A DNA stretch of 62,894 bases, the filler included, from Licmophora abbreviata (Eukaryota): NCBI GenBank assembly GCA_900291995.1. It is 12 parts of 12 records of this genome, joined end to end, with 100 filler letters (N's around TTAATTAATTAA, not from the genome) between each part and the next. Parts side by side here need not be neighbours in the genome. Positions count along the whole stretch, not along the records: positions 1 to 1,623 come from OLMU01000092.1; positions 1,724 to 3,255 come from OLMU01000093.1; positions 3,356 to 8,711 come from OLMU01000094.1; positions 8,812 to 18,429 come from OLMU01000095.1; 8 more parts are not named here. One strand, given 5' to 3'. The notes under the pieces are model-generated. The model saw nothing but the letters and a program-made list of their open reading frames with translations. It had not been told where the DNA came from and made no database searches. Below, one piece after another: positions 1-10,355 of the stretch; within the stretch, counting starts at the first letter, position 1; every line of letters begins with the position of its first letter. The position numbers were made by a program, and so were the translations under genes.

Positions 1-996
1 CGTTAGAGGCAGAACGCTGCCTCGTGAAGGTTGCACGAAGCTCCTGGATCTCGGCTTCGTCATCGATCAAGTCTGCGCTCAGCACACTACCGGCCACATC
101 GCTCATGCCTCTCGAGTTGGAGGCCCTTACATTTACGAAGTTCCGTCTCGGCGATGGAGGGGCGATAATAACGTTGGCACTACTTCCCTGACCATCTGCA
201 GGAGGTGGCTGGAGGGTGGTCCCCATGGTCTGCGTTTCGACGTAGAACGCCTGATGAATTACATCGGGACGACCAATGGGACGGCGGCGCTTCCATTTTC
301 GTCCTCCAACATCCCAGACACGAGTACGTGGCTGGTTTGATGCAGCGCGGACATGAAGGCGCGATGTCGTGGCGGCACTGGGGACATTGGACGGGTTGGT
401 GCTGGCGGGTGGTGTCACCGGTACGCCCTGTCGGCTGCGCCCCGACACTCTTGACATGAAATCTGGGTCATTGTCAGGATATCGCGTAGTTGCAAACTGG
501 AGAAAAACAAAGGCGCGTGAGAGTTTATTGCGAAGTAGACCATCACGCCAAGGCATAAGTTGATGTAGAATGAACCTACCCTGTCGAGTTCTCGGATGAT
601 ACTTCCGAAACTACTTTTTCGACTTTTTCTTCGCCTGTCGCTTCCTCCGTGAGCAGCATCATCGAAAGTGGCCGACGGTGGACTCTGTGGAATATTCTGG
701 GCTCGGTTGGCTTCCTCTCCATTTGGGTCCTCACCGCGTCGCCTGGCTTGAGTGATGGTAACTTCCTCGCCTAGCCCGTCACGTGTATTGTCTCCTGAGT
801 CACGATACGTATCACCATCCTCTTCCTCCTGCTGCAGTTGAGCCGTACGTTTCTTTTCCTGACGTCTACCCCACACAACCAATGGGGCGACGGAAAGAAA
901 CGACACAGCCGTAAAAGCAAGGACAAACACGTAGAGTCCAGCCCCGGATTGCTCCGTCTTGACAACGTAATTCGGAAAGCCTTCTGCGGTCTCCAT
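1..996 (-). CDS. Membrane-anchored protein, 5' part only (runs off the window); possibly the N-terminal extension of a diatom-type MATE transporter
   Basis: ATG at 996; N-terminal TM segment (LYVFVLAFTAVSFLSVAPLVVW) then RRQEKKR; probable intron 579..497 (GTAGGT...TTCTCCAG); a stop-free frame with RVWDVGGRKWKRRRPIGRPD runs to position 1 but is not in phase with that splice. The MATE assignment is from recollection only; no transporter core is in the window. Confidence 0.4.
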
Positions 997-1316
997 GCTC
1001 CTCTCAATGTTTCTTTAGAAATACAAACAAGAAGAACGCGCCCCTCTCACGATCAGATAGAGCTATTCCAAGGCCAGGACTAGAGGGTAGACAGCGGGCT
1101 TTTGCTGACAAGGCGTCGCAGAGTACAGCGTTGCACGGGATTTAGAACCGCGAGAACCTGATCATCATCTCGCCGGTCGAGTGAGGTCAGCAGAAAAGGG
1201 CGAAAATATATATCATTCGAGCACATTTTGACAAAGATTCTTCCGAAAGGGAGAGCATTTCTGAGTATTTTCGTATTTTCAGACGCGCCTGGCCATGCAT
1301 CAGATCTCTCGTTGTT

Positions 1317-1353
1317 AGTGAGTCGAGTGAGTCGAGTCAGTCGAGTCGAGTCA
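1317..1353 (+). repeat. Short tandem repeat of AGTCGAGT(G/C), about 3.5 units
   Basis: agtg AGTCGAGTG AGTCGAGTC AGTCGAGTC gagtca read directly; intergenic, upstream of the 996 ATG. Confidence 0.7.
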
Positions 1354-1623
1354 CCCGACCACATCCCATCGGGAACTCGCATCATTCGTTATGAAGGAAC
1401 AGACGCTGACCTCCAAGCAAGCAAGCAACCCGCGCCGTTTAAGCGGTTTCTATCGGTTTCTGTACAATTCTACGTGATCTCAGTACAATCGAACGCGGCC
1501 GTTCACGTTAGTCATGCTTGACCTCCGTACATTCTACACATGCTGGTACTCAGATACTCCGACCAATCTGAACATGCAAACCCCGTTTTCTCGCGTTTTC
1601 TCGCTCACAATTCGCATCATGTG

Positions 1624-1723
1624 NNNNNNNNNNNNNNNNNNNNNNNNNNNNNNNNNNNNNNNNNNNNTTAATTAATTAANNNNNNNNNNNNNNNNNNNNN
1701 NNNNNNNNNNNNNNNNNNNNNNN
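1624..1723. other. Artificial scaffold spacer
   Basis: 44 N + TTAATTAATTAA (stops in all six frames) + 44 N. Confidence 0.98.
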
Positions 1724-2035
1724 ATAATTACTTTAATGATTAGCTAGCTAGTAGTGTCTTGAATTTTGTTGCCTGTGGCATCCTTCAGTCGTGGCGTTGA
1801 GCGCGCTGCGACATGGCGAATTCGAATCGTACCGTCTCATCTTCTCGGTGCTTCCGCCACTCATCGAAACTCGCCGGTCAAGCATTATTCCGGTGCAATA
1901 CGCTGTGAGGGAACCTATCAGCCCCTCAAACATTAAAAAGGTTGCTTTGAAGCCATGTATTACATAAAGTGGTGTGCAGATCTAAGATAGACAAGAGGGC
2001 ACAGTCTCCATTCCAAGTTGGCTGTCGGTTAGCTA

Positions 2036-3666
2036 CTAGCCGGTGCCGACTACCTGAACCGAGAATACGAGGGTCGCATGGGGTGGGACTACGTTACCGC
2101 TTCCCTTCTTTCCGTAACCAAGCTGTGGCGGTATCGTTATCTCTCGTTCACCACCAACTTTCATGCCTTCAAGCCCATTCTCTAGCCCTCGAACTACCTG
2201 GCCAGTTCCTAATCGGAAGGACAACGGTTTGTTCCGGTTCTTGTTGCGGTCGAACACCTTTCCGTCCGGGAACGATCCCTCGTAGATGATCGATACTTTT
2301 CTTCCAGTTTTGATAGCAGTCCCCGTTCCAAGCATCAGATCCTTGACAACAACTCCATTTGGTAGACGGCGTTCTTTCGTCAGCGACGCAGACTTTGTGG
2401 CAGACTTCTTTTCAACATCGGCTGCATCGCTTTTCGACGAGTGCATGTTCAGTGTTGCCACCGCCTCGGCAAGCTCTTTCGCTTTTCTTTTTGCCAGTTT
2501 ACGACGCTGCTTCTTACTGAGCTGAGGTGGCGACCCGTCGCCATCCTCGTCCTCGTCCAATGCAACGTCGTCGTCCTTCCGCACCTCGTGCTTTCTTTTC
2601 TTGGAAAAACTAGATTCCTTCGAAACTGTGTTTTTTCCAGCATCGTCAACGAAGCTTACGTCTCTGAGAGGCAGATTAGAAGTCAATACAGATCCAAACA
2701 CATTGATCTTGGTTCCAGGAGCTTTGAGAAAGAATTCCGTAGGGCCAACACTTGTGATTCCCAACGACGTCACTGGATGTTCGCCATGCAGATTGCTCAG
2801 AAGATGCCATTCCGCATCACGACCTGCGCCTTTGTAATTTAGCTTGCATGTTCCACTGGAAAGCTCTCGCGACACAGTCGATATGTTCAATGAGACGCCG
2901 CGGGGTACAGTCACTTTCATCTCGTTGGTGCCTTGGACGGTGGTTGCAAAGACTGACCCAGTTGCAAAGCTCTTCTGGTACACGCCATTCTTGGCGCGGT
3001 CCTGTACAACAACGACACTAGAATCTGCCCCTTCCCTAGTTTCCACTGCAACGTCTCCATCAACTTTCTCAGCAGTCTGTTCATACGCAAGGATTGAAAC
3101 CGAAGAGACCGATCCAAACACATTGATCTTCGTCCCCTTGGCCTCAAGGTAGAACTCGTCAGGACCTACGCATGTGAGACCAAGTCCTGTCACGGGATGC
3201 TCCCCATGAAGCTTGCACAAGAGCAGCCAGTCGGTGTCTTTGCTTCCGCCCTTGTNNNNNNNNNNNNNNNNNNNNNNNNNNNNNNNNNNNNNNNNNNNNT
3301 TAATTAATTAANNNNNNNNNNNNNNNNNNNNNNNNNNNNNNNNNNNNNNNNNNNNCCTTCGCATGTGAGACCAAGTCCTGTCACGGGATGCTCCCCATGA
3401 AGCTTGCACAAGAGCAGCCAGTCGGTGTCTTTGCTTCCGCCCTTGTACTTGAGCCTACACGTGCCACTAGAGAGTTCCCGTGACACGGTTGTGATGGTGA
3501 GTGAGGTGCCAGCGGGCACAACAATCTTCATTTCATGTGTGCCCTGGACAGATGTGGCGAAAATGGACCCATTCCGGAAATACTCCTGGTAGATGCTATT
3601 CTGGGAGCGATCTTGCACCACCGAGACACCGCCGCTGCGACGAGCTTCACGCTCTTCTCCCATCAT
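2036..3666 (-). CDS. FKBP-type peptidyl-prolyl isomerase with tandem N-terminal nucleoplasmin-like repeats (FKBP39/Fpr4/FKBP53-like); spans a gap
   Basis: C-terminal FKBP domain (GRKVSIIYEG..GKVFD..FRLGTGQVVRGLENGLEGMKVGGEREITIPPQLGYG..IPPHATLVF-like); acidic and basic/NLS linker (KKRK, DEDED, KKQRRK); at least two ~110-aa repeats upstream; ORFs 3304..3666 and 2036..3220 join across the spacer. Confidence 0.85.
3256..3355. other. Artificial scaffold spacer (inside FKBP gene)
   Basis: 44 N + TTAATTAATTAA + 44 N. Confidence 0.98.
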
Positions 3667-3910
3667 GGCGGGAAAATTTAGAACTGAGATATTGTGCGAG
3701 ACTGGATACCACAGCAGAATTGAAAACGCTCTTGCGGCTACAGCGATAAACAGGAAGCTTTTAGGTGGTAGGTGTTCAAACAGCCTTCACAGAGAGAGTT
3801 CAAAGTCAAGCTTCCGTCGACGGACTCAGGGATGTCATGCCGCCGCTCGACACGATTGTGTGGCGTCAAGAACGCATCACAATTGAGATCGATGTGATGG
3901 TGTTCGGGCA

Positions 3911-3918
3911 TGACGTCA
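3911..3918. promoter_or_regulatory. TGACGTCA palindrome (CRE/bZIP-type site)
   Basis: Perfect palindrome ~245 nt upstream of the FKBP ATG; function inferred only. Confidence 0.3.
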
Positions 3919-4090
3919 GTCGTTCGAAAGCACTTCCGTGAATGGCTCGATCAAACGGAATAGTCTTACCGTTTTATATGGCCTGTAGTCTAGTTATCTC
4001 TGTCGGATCTTATCTGTCATACCATACCGAGACAGTATCGTCTTACATCTCATAAGTGAAACTAGGAGTGGCTACTCAGGTCTTAGCTAA

Positions 4091-5551
4091 CTACTCATCA
4101 GTCTTTGCACGCTTCGTGTCGTCTTGAGCGGGCATCTTAGAATCATCTTCGTCGGCACCTCGTTTCTTCTTTTTACGGACCATCATGGTGGGAGCAGCAG
4201 CTGAGGCTTCTGCGCCAGGGACCGAAGCTGCCATCGACACACTAGCGGTAGGAAATTGCGCAGCGGCAAATCCAATTGACGTTGTGGACCCATCGGCATT
4301 GACCGCCTCAGCTTCGCCTTCTGCCTCGGCGATAAGCTGTGCCTTGATAGAGGCCACTTCCTTCATGCCCTTCTTGGCATTTTCCGACTCATCGATCGTC
4401 TCTTGGAGATCATCAAGCAGCTCCAGGTACTCTTCGACCGTCTCCACGTGATCCTGCGGAGGCTGGAAGGCGGCAACCCGCGCTCGAATGGCACGAACCG
4501 TACGGCTCGAAGCGTAGACGGCGAGTTCCTTGGGGTCCATGCCAGTCGTCTTGCCCCCACCCTGCTCTTCTTCCAACGAGGCATCTGCCGTGGCATCTTC
4601 GGGACTTGAGCCACAGAGAAAGGCAATGTGGCCGGCAAACGACTTTGCCGTAGCGACATAGTGCTCGACGCTCTTGTTGCGAAAGACTTCAATTTGTTCA
4701 GGAGTCATACGAGGAGTCGCAGCAGCTTCATCTGGGACAGGAGGATTGCCTTCCTGCTGTTTGTCCCCTTCCGCCACGAGGCAAGTGTAGCAGACGCCCA
4801 GCAGGTGATGGAGTTCGGCCACCTTGCGATGGTAGGCTCCTAGAATGGGCTGACGAATTTCGAGGCAGTCCATGTAGTCGTTGATGGCCTCGTGGTAGCG
4901 GCCATTGAAACGCTGCAGGTCCCCAAGACGCATGTGAATCTGAGCGAGGTCCAAGGACATGCCGTCGGCGGCTTGTTCGGGGGACGACAGCATGTCCTTC
5001 ACAATGAGACGCGCCACGTCGAGATTTTCCCAGGCAATCTGCGAGTCATCCGCTTCTTCCTCGTCTGACGGATTTCCACCAGTCGCCGCGCTGGTTGCAA
5101 TGTTGTCAGACGATTCTTCAATGGAATAGAGAAGAGTTGTCCCGTAGAGGTAGTAGAGGGGTGCCATGGACTGGTGGAGCTGTGGCTCTGCGTCCTCAGG
5201 CAGGCGCGAGATTGTCGTGCTCATGGCAACTCCGATCGTTTCCATGGCATTGTCGAAATCACCATCGTTCAAAAGTCGCTTCGCAAGAAGAAATTCAGGC
5301 GACGCTTCCGTGCCTGCATAGGTGAGGTCGAGCTGCGGGTCTTCTTGCGGCGCCGTGGCGGATGATCCAGGTGATGATGATGATGATGATGCCGGCAAAG
5401 GTACCGCAGCAAGAGGTGGATCCTTTAGGCCGACAGTAGGGGTCGGTTCCGTTGCGTCGTCATCAGTCTTGGGCAATGGGACATCTCGCGAGGGTTGGTC
5501 GCCCGTCGTCTGTGACGCCTGGTTCGGGGAAGTCTGGGACGGGGCCGCCAT
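4091..5551 (-). CDS. NASP: NASP/Hif1/Sim3-family SHNi-TPR histone chaperone
   Basis: APLYYLYGTTLL, DSQIAWENLDVAR, LAQIHMRLGDLQRFNGRYHEAINDYMDCLEIR TPR motifs; C-terminal TTSIGF and VRKKKKR NLS; intronless 486 aa. Confidence 0.9.
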   Translation of the reverse strand: MAAPSQTSPNQASQTTGDQPSRDVPLPKTDDDATEPTPTVGLKDPPLAAVPLPASSSSSSPGSSATAPQEDPQLDLTYAGTEASPEFLLAKRLLNDGDFDNAMETIGVAMSTTISRLPEDAEPQLHQSMAPLYYLYGTTLLYSIEESSDNIATSAATGGNPSDEEEADDSQIAWENLDVARLIVKDMLSSPEQAADGMSLDLAQIHMRLGDLQRFNGRYHEAINDYMDCLEIRQPILGAYHRKVAELHHLLGVCYTCLVAEGDKQQEGNPPVPDEAAATPRMTPEQIEVFRNKSVEHYVATAKSFAGHIAFLCGSSPEDATADASLEEEQGGGKTTGMDPKELAVYASSRTVRAIRARVAAFQPPQDHVETVEEYLELLDDLQETIDESENAKKGMKEVASIKAQLIAEAEGEAEAVNADGSTTSIGFAAAQFPTASVSMAASVPGAEASAAAPTMMVRKKKKRGADEDDSKMPAQDDTKRAKTDE

Positions 5552-5878
5552 GGTCGACAGACAGCAGAAAGACAGACTTTGATAGACTCGGATGAATTTG
5601 GAACTGGTGTTTGTGTAGACTTGAGTATCCTAGCTACGTGAACGTGGGAATCTCAAAAATTGGCGCGCGTTCTGATGGTTCCGCGTTCGATGCTTTGAAG
5701 TCTGTGGCGATTCTGGATTCCCTTTTGACGCAAAAGCACCGTGGCGACAATGGCACAATCGCGATGAGGATTCGCCGCTTGATTTGGTTCTGATGACAAG
5801 GCGCCGGTGCGAATGACGATGATCTTTTGGCACACCGGCGATGCTATTACGCTCCCACTGGCATAAGAGAGACTTACA

Positions 5879-7709
5879 ATGTCCAAGGAAGACGAAAGAT
5901 CTGTCCCGGTCCCCATTTCGGTGACACTCTACAATCTTTTGGCGCTGCCGTCGTCCAAAACGACGACGAGCGAGACACGCACTTCTACACTGACGCCGTC
6001 GTCGCGAAACGCGTTGTTCCGACCCGAGTACACGACGGAACTCCTGGTTTCTGTACGCCTGGACATCGTCTTGGGGACGGCGACAATAGATCAAAACAAT
6101 ACTCTCGAGAATAGGAATGACGATTTTGTGCTCTTTTCTGCTCCTCAAGATCGCGGTGCGCTTCATCCTTGCTGGGACCACTTGGATGAACGATGTCGCT
6201 TTTGGGATGAGGAGCAAAATAATTTTCAGCATCAGCAGGGAGAACGAGATCCGGTGTATCGGTCGCTACGACTTCGCATCGTCACATCGCGCCATCAGGA
6301 CGACCAAACTACGAAACCCCGCGCCGAATCCATCGCGGATATGCCACTTCATCCTGCTCTCTTGAGGCGACTGCCAGAAGAAATTCGCGACGGTGAAGGA
6401 GATACAGCACCGTGGGAACAGAGGCCTCCTCCGAGAGCGTTACCACCGAATGCTATCTTGGTCAACTTTTCGGATGGATCTACGCGAGTCGACCCTCCGT
6501 TGTACCACTTGCTCTTGGCAGCAGGCATAATTGTCGAAACAAATCCCAAAGACGAATCTTTGTTGCAAGACGAAGCGGAGGAAAATCGACGACAGCTTCG
6601 GTTCACAGACGACGTCTTTGATAAACTCGACGGCACCGCGGCTTGGTGGGACGACGATACCTCGTCGCCGACTGTCATGAAGCGCAAGCGGTCGCCTTCC
6701 AGTTTGCTCGAGACGGACGATGAAAGCCAAGCCGTTCCCGTGTCCCCTCTCAAAGATGACACGGATTTATATGGCGACGCTTTCGAAGATACCAATTCGC
6801 TCCATGGGAAGGTCTCCGGTGACGCTTCGGGGGGAGAGGAGTCAGGTACAGATGGCGACAACGACATCCTGGCAGTGGAGGATCTTCAACATGAGTTGGA
6901 GGCATTACACACCTTGGTTCAGATGGAGCAGGATGCTCTCGATCGTGATTTCGAGTTGTTGAACCAGGTACGTCGGTATTTTTGTTTAGTCTGTTTCTTT
7001 ATGGATGCTATCGTGTGTCCTGTCTCACCATCAGTCGCAACGCCATCGTACGTATCGGTCACAGCGGAAGCGCGAAGCGACTGCGGTGGTAGACGAGGAG
7101 AAACGCATACGAAAAGAGATAATACACATTCAACTAGAATCGGAAAAGGCACAGTAAGTTAACATGCTTGTCCCGACTCCATGGCAATGACGCTTTTCGT
7201 CTCAGATGAACCGGTCCTTTTTCTTCTCTCTGCGATACAGGTTACGCAGGAGGGAAGCGACGTTCCTTCTTGATGCGCAGCGCATGAAGCTTTTGCGAGA
7301 CTTGCGATCAATATACTACATTCAGTCGCAGCCTGAACACCGGTATTTTATACGCGACCAGGAGATTCCGTCTGATGTATTTAGTGGGACCGTGCCGGAA
7401 GAAGAGGTGTCGGCGGCCATGGGATTCCTATGCAATTCTATTGTCATGATCAGCAAGTACCTGTCTATACCATTGCCGTATCGGATAATTTGTAACTCTT
7501 CCCGTTCAGCCATTCAAGGGGGCTCGTCGAACATTTACCCGTTGTTTTCTGCGCGGGCGGTCGATCGCCAGCAGGCAGAAAAGGGCATGGACTTGCTTGA
7601 GAGAAACCTTGATTGCATAATTAAGAACCGAGGAATTCATGGTTCTGCGCAGCTACACATTCTCGGCAAAGTGAAACGGATATACGATTGCATAATAGAA
7701 GGGAGCTGA
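5879..7709 (+). CDS. UVRAG: UVRAG/Vps38-like PI3K complex II subunit (Atg14-type coiled coil and BARA-like domain), 3 exons
   Basis: Coiled coil followed by EEVSAAMGFLCNSIVMISKYLSIPLPYRIICNSSRSAIQ..YPLF; introns at about 6968-7064 (GTACGT..ACAG) and 7153-7240 (GTAAGT..ACAG). Confidence 0.75.
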
Positions 7710-7760
7710 TAGCGACAGTAGCGTATTTACATTATTAGAAACGGGCGTATTCTGCGATAT

Positions 7761-9893
7761 TTACAGGCCGGCTCCCCTGTGACCACCAGTTGAAAAAAGA
7801 ACAACCTTCTTACCCTTTGACTTACTCTTACCCTTTCCGGTGGGAGGGTGCCTCGGCGCAGCAGAATGATTGGACGATGCGGCGGGCCTCTTTGTCGTAG
7901 ACGACTGGTCGGGCTGCTGGGTAGACATCAGTGAAGGGAACGCCTCGTCTTCGGCGATCCCTGCAGGATTGAGCACAGAGAATCCCCGACCTGTTACAGC
8001 ACTGAATGACAAGGTAGGGTTCGCGGGAGAAGGAGACGACTGAGCGATCTCATCGGGAATGACTCTGGATTCACTGGCCGATGAAGTAAGTGTTGGTCCA
8101 AACTCGTCTCCAGTCAACGACACGGGCTGAGCTGGGGGTTGAAAGAAATCATCACTTGGGTCGATACGTTGGATACGCAATTTAAGTTCTTCAATGCGTC
8201 GCTCTTCTTGTTTTCTTGCGAGGCGATCAGCTTTCTTCTCAGTAGAAAGCTTGTTCTTGCGTCTCCTCCTTCGTTTATCGAATTCAGCCTTGAACTTTTT
8301 CTTCGTCGTATCACCGAGAATCGCGTTCAGATCGATCTCAACAAACGATATATCAGTGTATGCAGGCAAGTGAGACAAGAAAGGCATGCGTTTCCGTAAC
8401 GCTGGAGTGAGATGGACCGTTTCGATTTCGAGAATTGTTCCTTGCAATTCGTCTGGAAGCGGCTGGAGCTTGCGCAGCTGTGCAGGCGTCATCGACTCCA
8501 CGCGCTCAATATCTTCCGGGAAATGAACCGAGAACTCGCTCAAGAGGCAGCTCATGTTAAACTTCGAGAGATAGCAAAGCTGCCCATCTGCGCTTTGGTA
8601 AAATTGGGTGGCGCCCTCTGCGAGGTACATGGTTGACTGCAGTGTCGGCATTTGACGTTCGCGCCGCTTAGAACCTTGTGATTCGTTCCCGTATCCGATC
8701 GATCCACCCCTNNNNNNNNNNNNNNNNNNNNNNNNNNNNNNNNNNNNNNNNNNNNTTAATTAATTAANNNNNNNNNNNNNNNNNNNNNNNNNNNNNNNNN
8801 NNNNNNNNNNNCTTTGCCGCCCATGATCCGACTCCACAGATACGTTGCCAGAATCCACTGAGCAGGAACGATCGCGAATCGCGGTGTCAATGTCAACACC
8901 AGCTCTAGTCGACCAGTCCGGTGGGAACATGCTTTTGGGAAAGACTTGGTACATGCCCGTGTTGGAACCGCTGAAACGCAGTGCTAAGGCTTCTTCCTCT
9001 TCCCGTTCTGCCTGCGCACAGGACCGGTCATGCTTCACATTCTCGAGCGCCATCTGTAGGACAATCATTTCCGTTTCAACAGACGAGTGTTGCAAACCGG
9101 GCTGTTTTTGCATGTCCGCGAGTTCCAGTTCCAATTCGTTCTGATTTTCAGCAAGCTGCAATTGCAAGAGTGCTGGATCCACGTAGTTGAATCTGCAGTA
9201 CGATGCATCTCTGTCTGAAACTACTGGCGCTGTATGCGGAGATGAGTGCATGAACGATTGGAGTTGAGGAAGGTACGGCGCCGGACAGTCCTTGTTGCGA
9301 TGCAGTTTCACCAGTTTGATTTTTGACTGCACACGGGGGGACAGCACCGACTCTAATGTGACTGGCCGAAAGTCATCGCTGTGAATGGGCAGACTGCAGC
9401 AAGGACACTTGACAGCCTGCGATTTCTGTAAGCCCGTATGCGAGTGCACATGTCGAAGCAGACACGGAAGGCAAAAACAGTGACCACATTTCGTAATTCT
9501 GGCACACTTGAACGAATCTAAGCATATTGGACACATCGTTTGACACCCTCGCTCCGTGCTGGGCACCAAGTACCGAACAGAGCGAACTGCCTCCCATGGA
9601 ACAGCAACATCTGAGCCTTCAAAAGTGTACCCTTCTCGTTTCGCGCGCCTGGTAATCACAAAGGCGTGGTCCGCCGAGGAATGCAGGTAAAACATGGACG
9701 ATGCAGCCTTCCGACGTGCAGATGATCTGTCTTCTTCGCTGCGACGGTATCGATTCTGTTGACCCGGGCGCGGACGAGACGTGCGTTGCCTCTGTTGGCC
9801 CTGAGACATCAAATCTGCTTGCACAGGAGGCGACGACGAGAAGCGAAAGCTCAGTAGGTCCGTTGCCGAGGTCTTCTTGGCCTGTCGACCCAT
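7761..9893 (-). CDS. RNF10: RNF10/Mag2-like C3HC4 RING E3 ligase; spans a gap
   Basis: CPICLD..ARITKCGHCFCLPCLLRH..KCPCC RING; C-terminal part FYQSADGQLCYL, LRKRMPFLSHLP..FVEIDL, KGKKVVLFSTGGHRG. Confidence 0.88.
8712..8811. other. Artificial scaffold spacer (inside RNF10 gene)
   Basis: 44 N + TTAATTAATTAA + 44 N. Confidence 0.98.
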
Positions 9894-10355
9894 GATAATC
9901 AGTCAGCTCCTTTTCCACGTTTCAGAATGATGCACAATGGTAAGCTAAACTAGCAAGTTCAAAGATTCGCTACCACGAGTTCCCGAATCGACTTTCGGCC
10001 TTGTAATAGCGCCTGCTCTGTTATTTTCGTCAAATTCCGATCAGTCCACACTTGATGCGAAGCGAACAAAAGGCTCTCTGTATCATAAATAGCCAGTCAA
10101 TAATGACAAAGGGCTCTGCCTTATGGTAGGAACCTAGCTGCGGCGATCCCATGGGCGATTTTGTGACGAGCAAAAAAGTATCATCTCACCACATCATGCC
10201 GCATGATGACGAATTAGTGACATTTACGTAGCCTCTGGCTAAGGAAATTTAGCTGACCTGTACGAAAATCAAGTTGAAAGTCCTACTGCTCGCTAGCAAT
10301 TTTCAAACGAATGTGTGTAGCTAACAGCCCGTTTACTCCTCTACCTATGAAAAGG

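Noticed and set aside
1668..1679. TTAATTAATTAA recurring 11 times, as a biological repeat or CRISPR-like element
   Set aside because: Always centred in exactly 44+44 N; it is a six-frame-stop assembly spacer.
5372..5390. (GAT)n microsatellite
   Set aside because: Simply encodes a poly-Ser tract in NASP.
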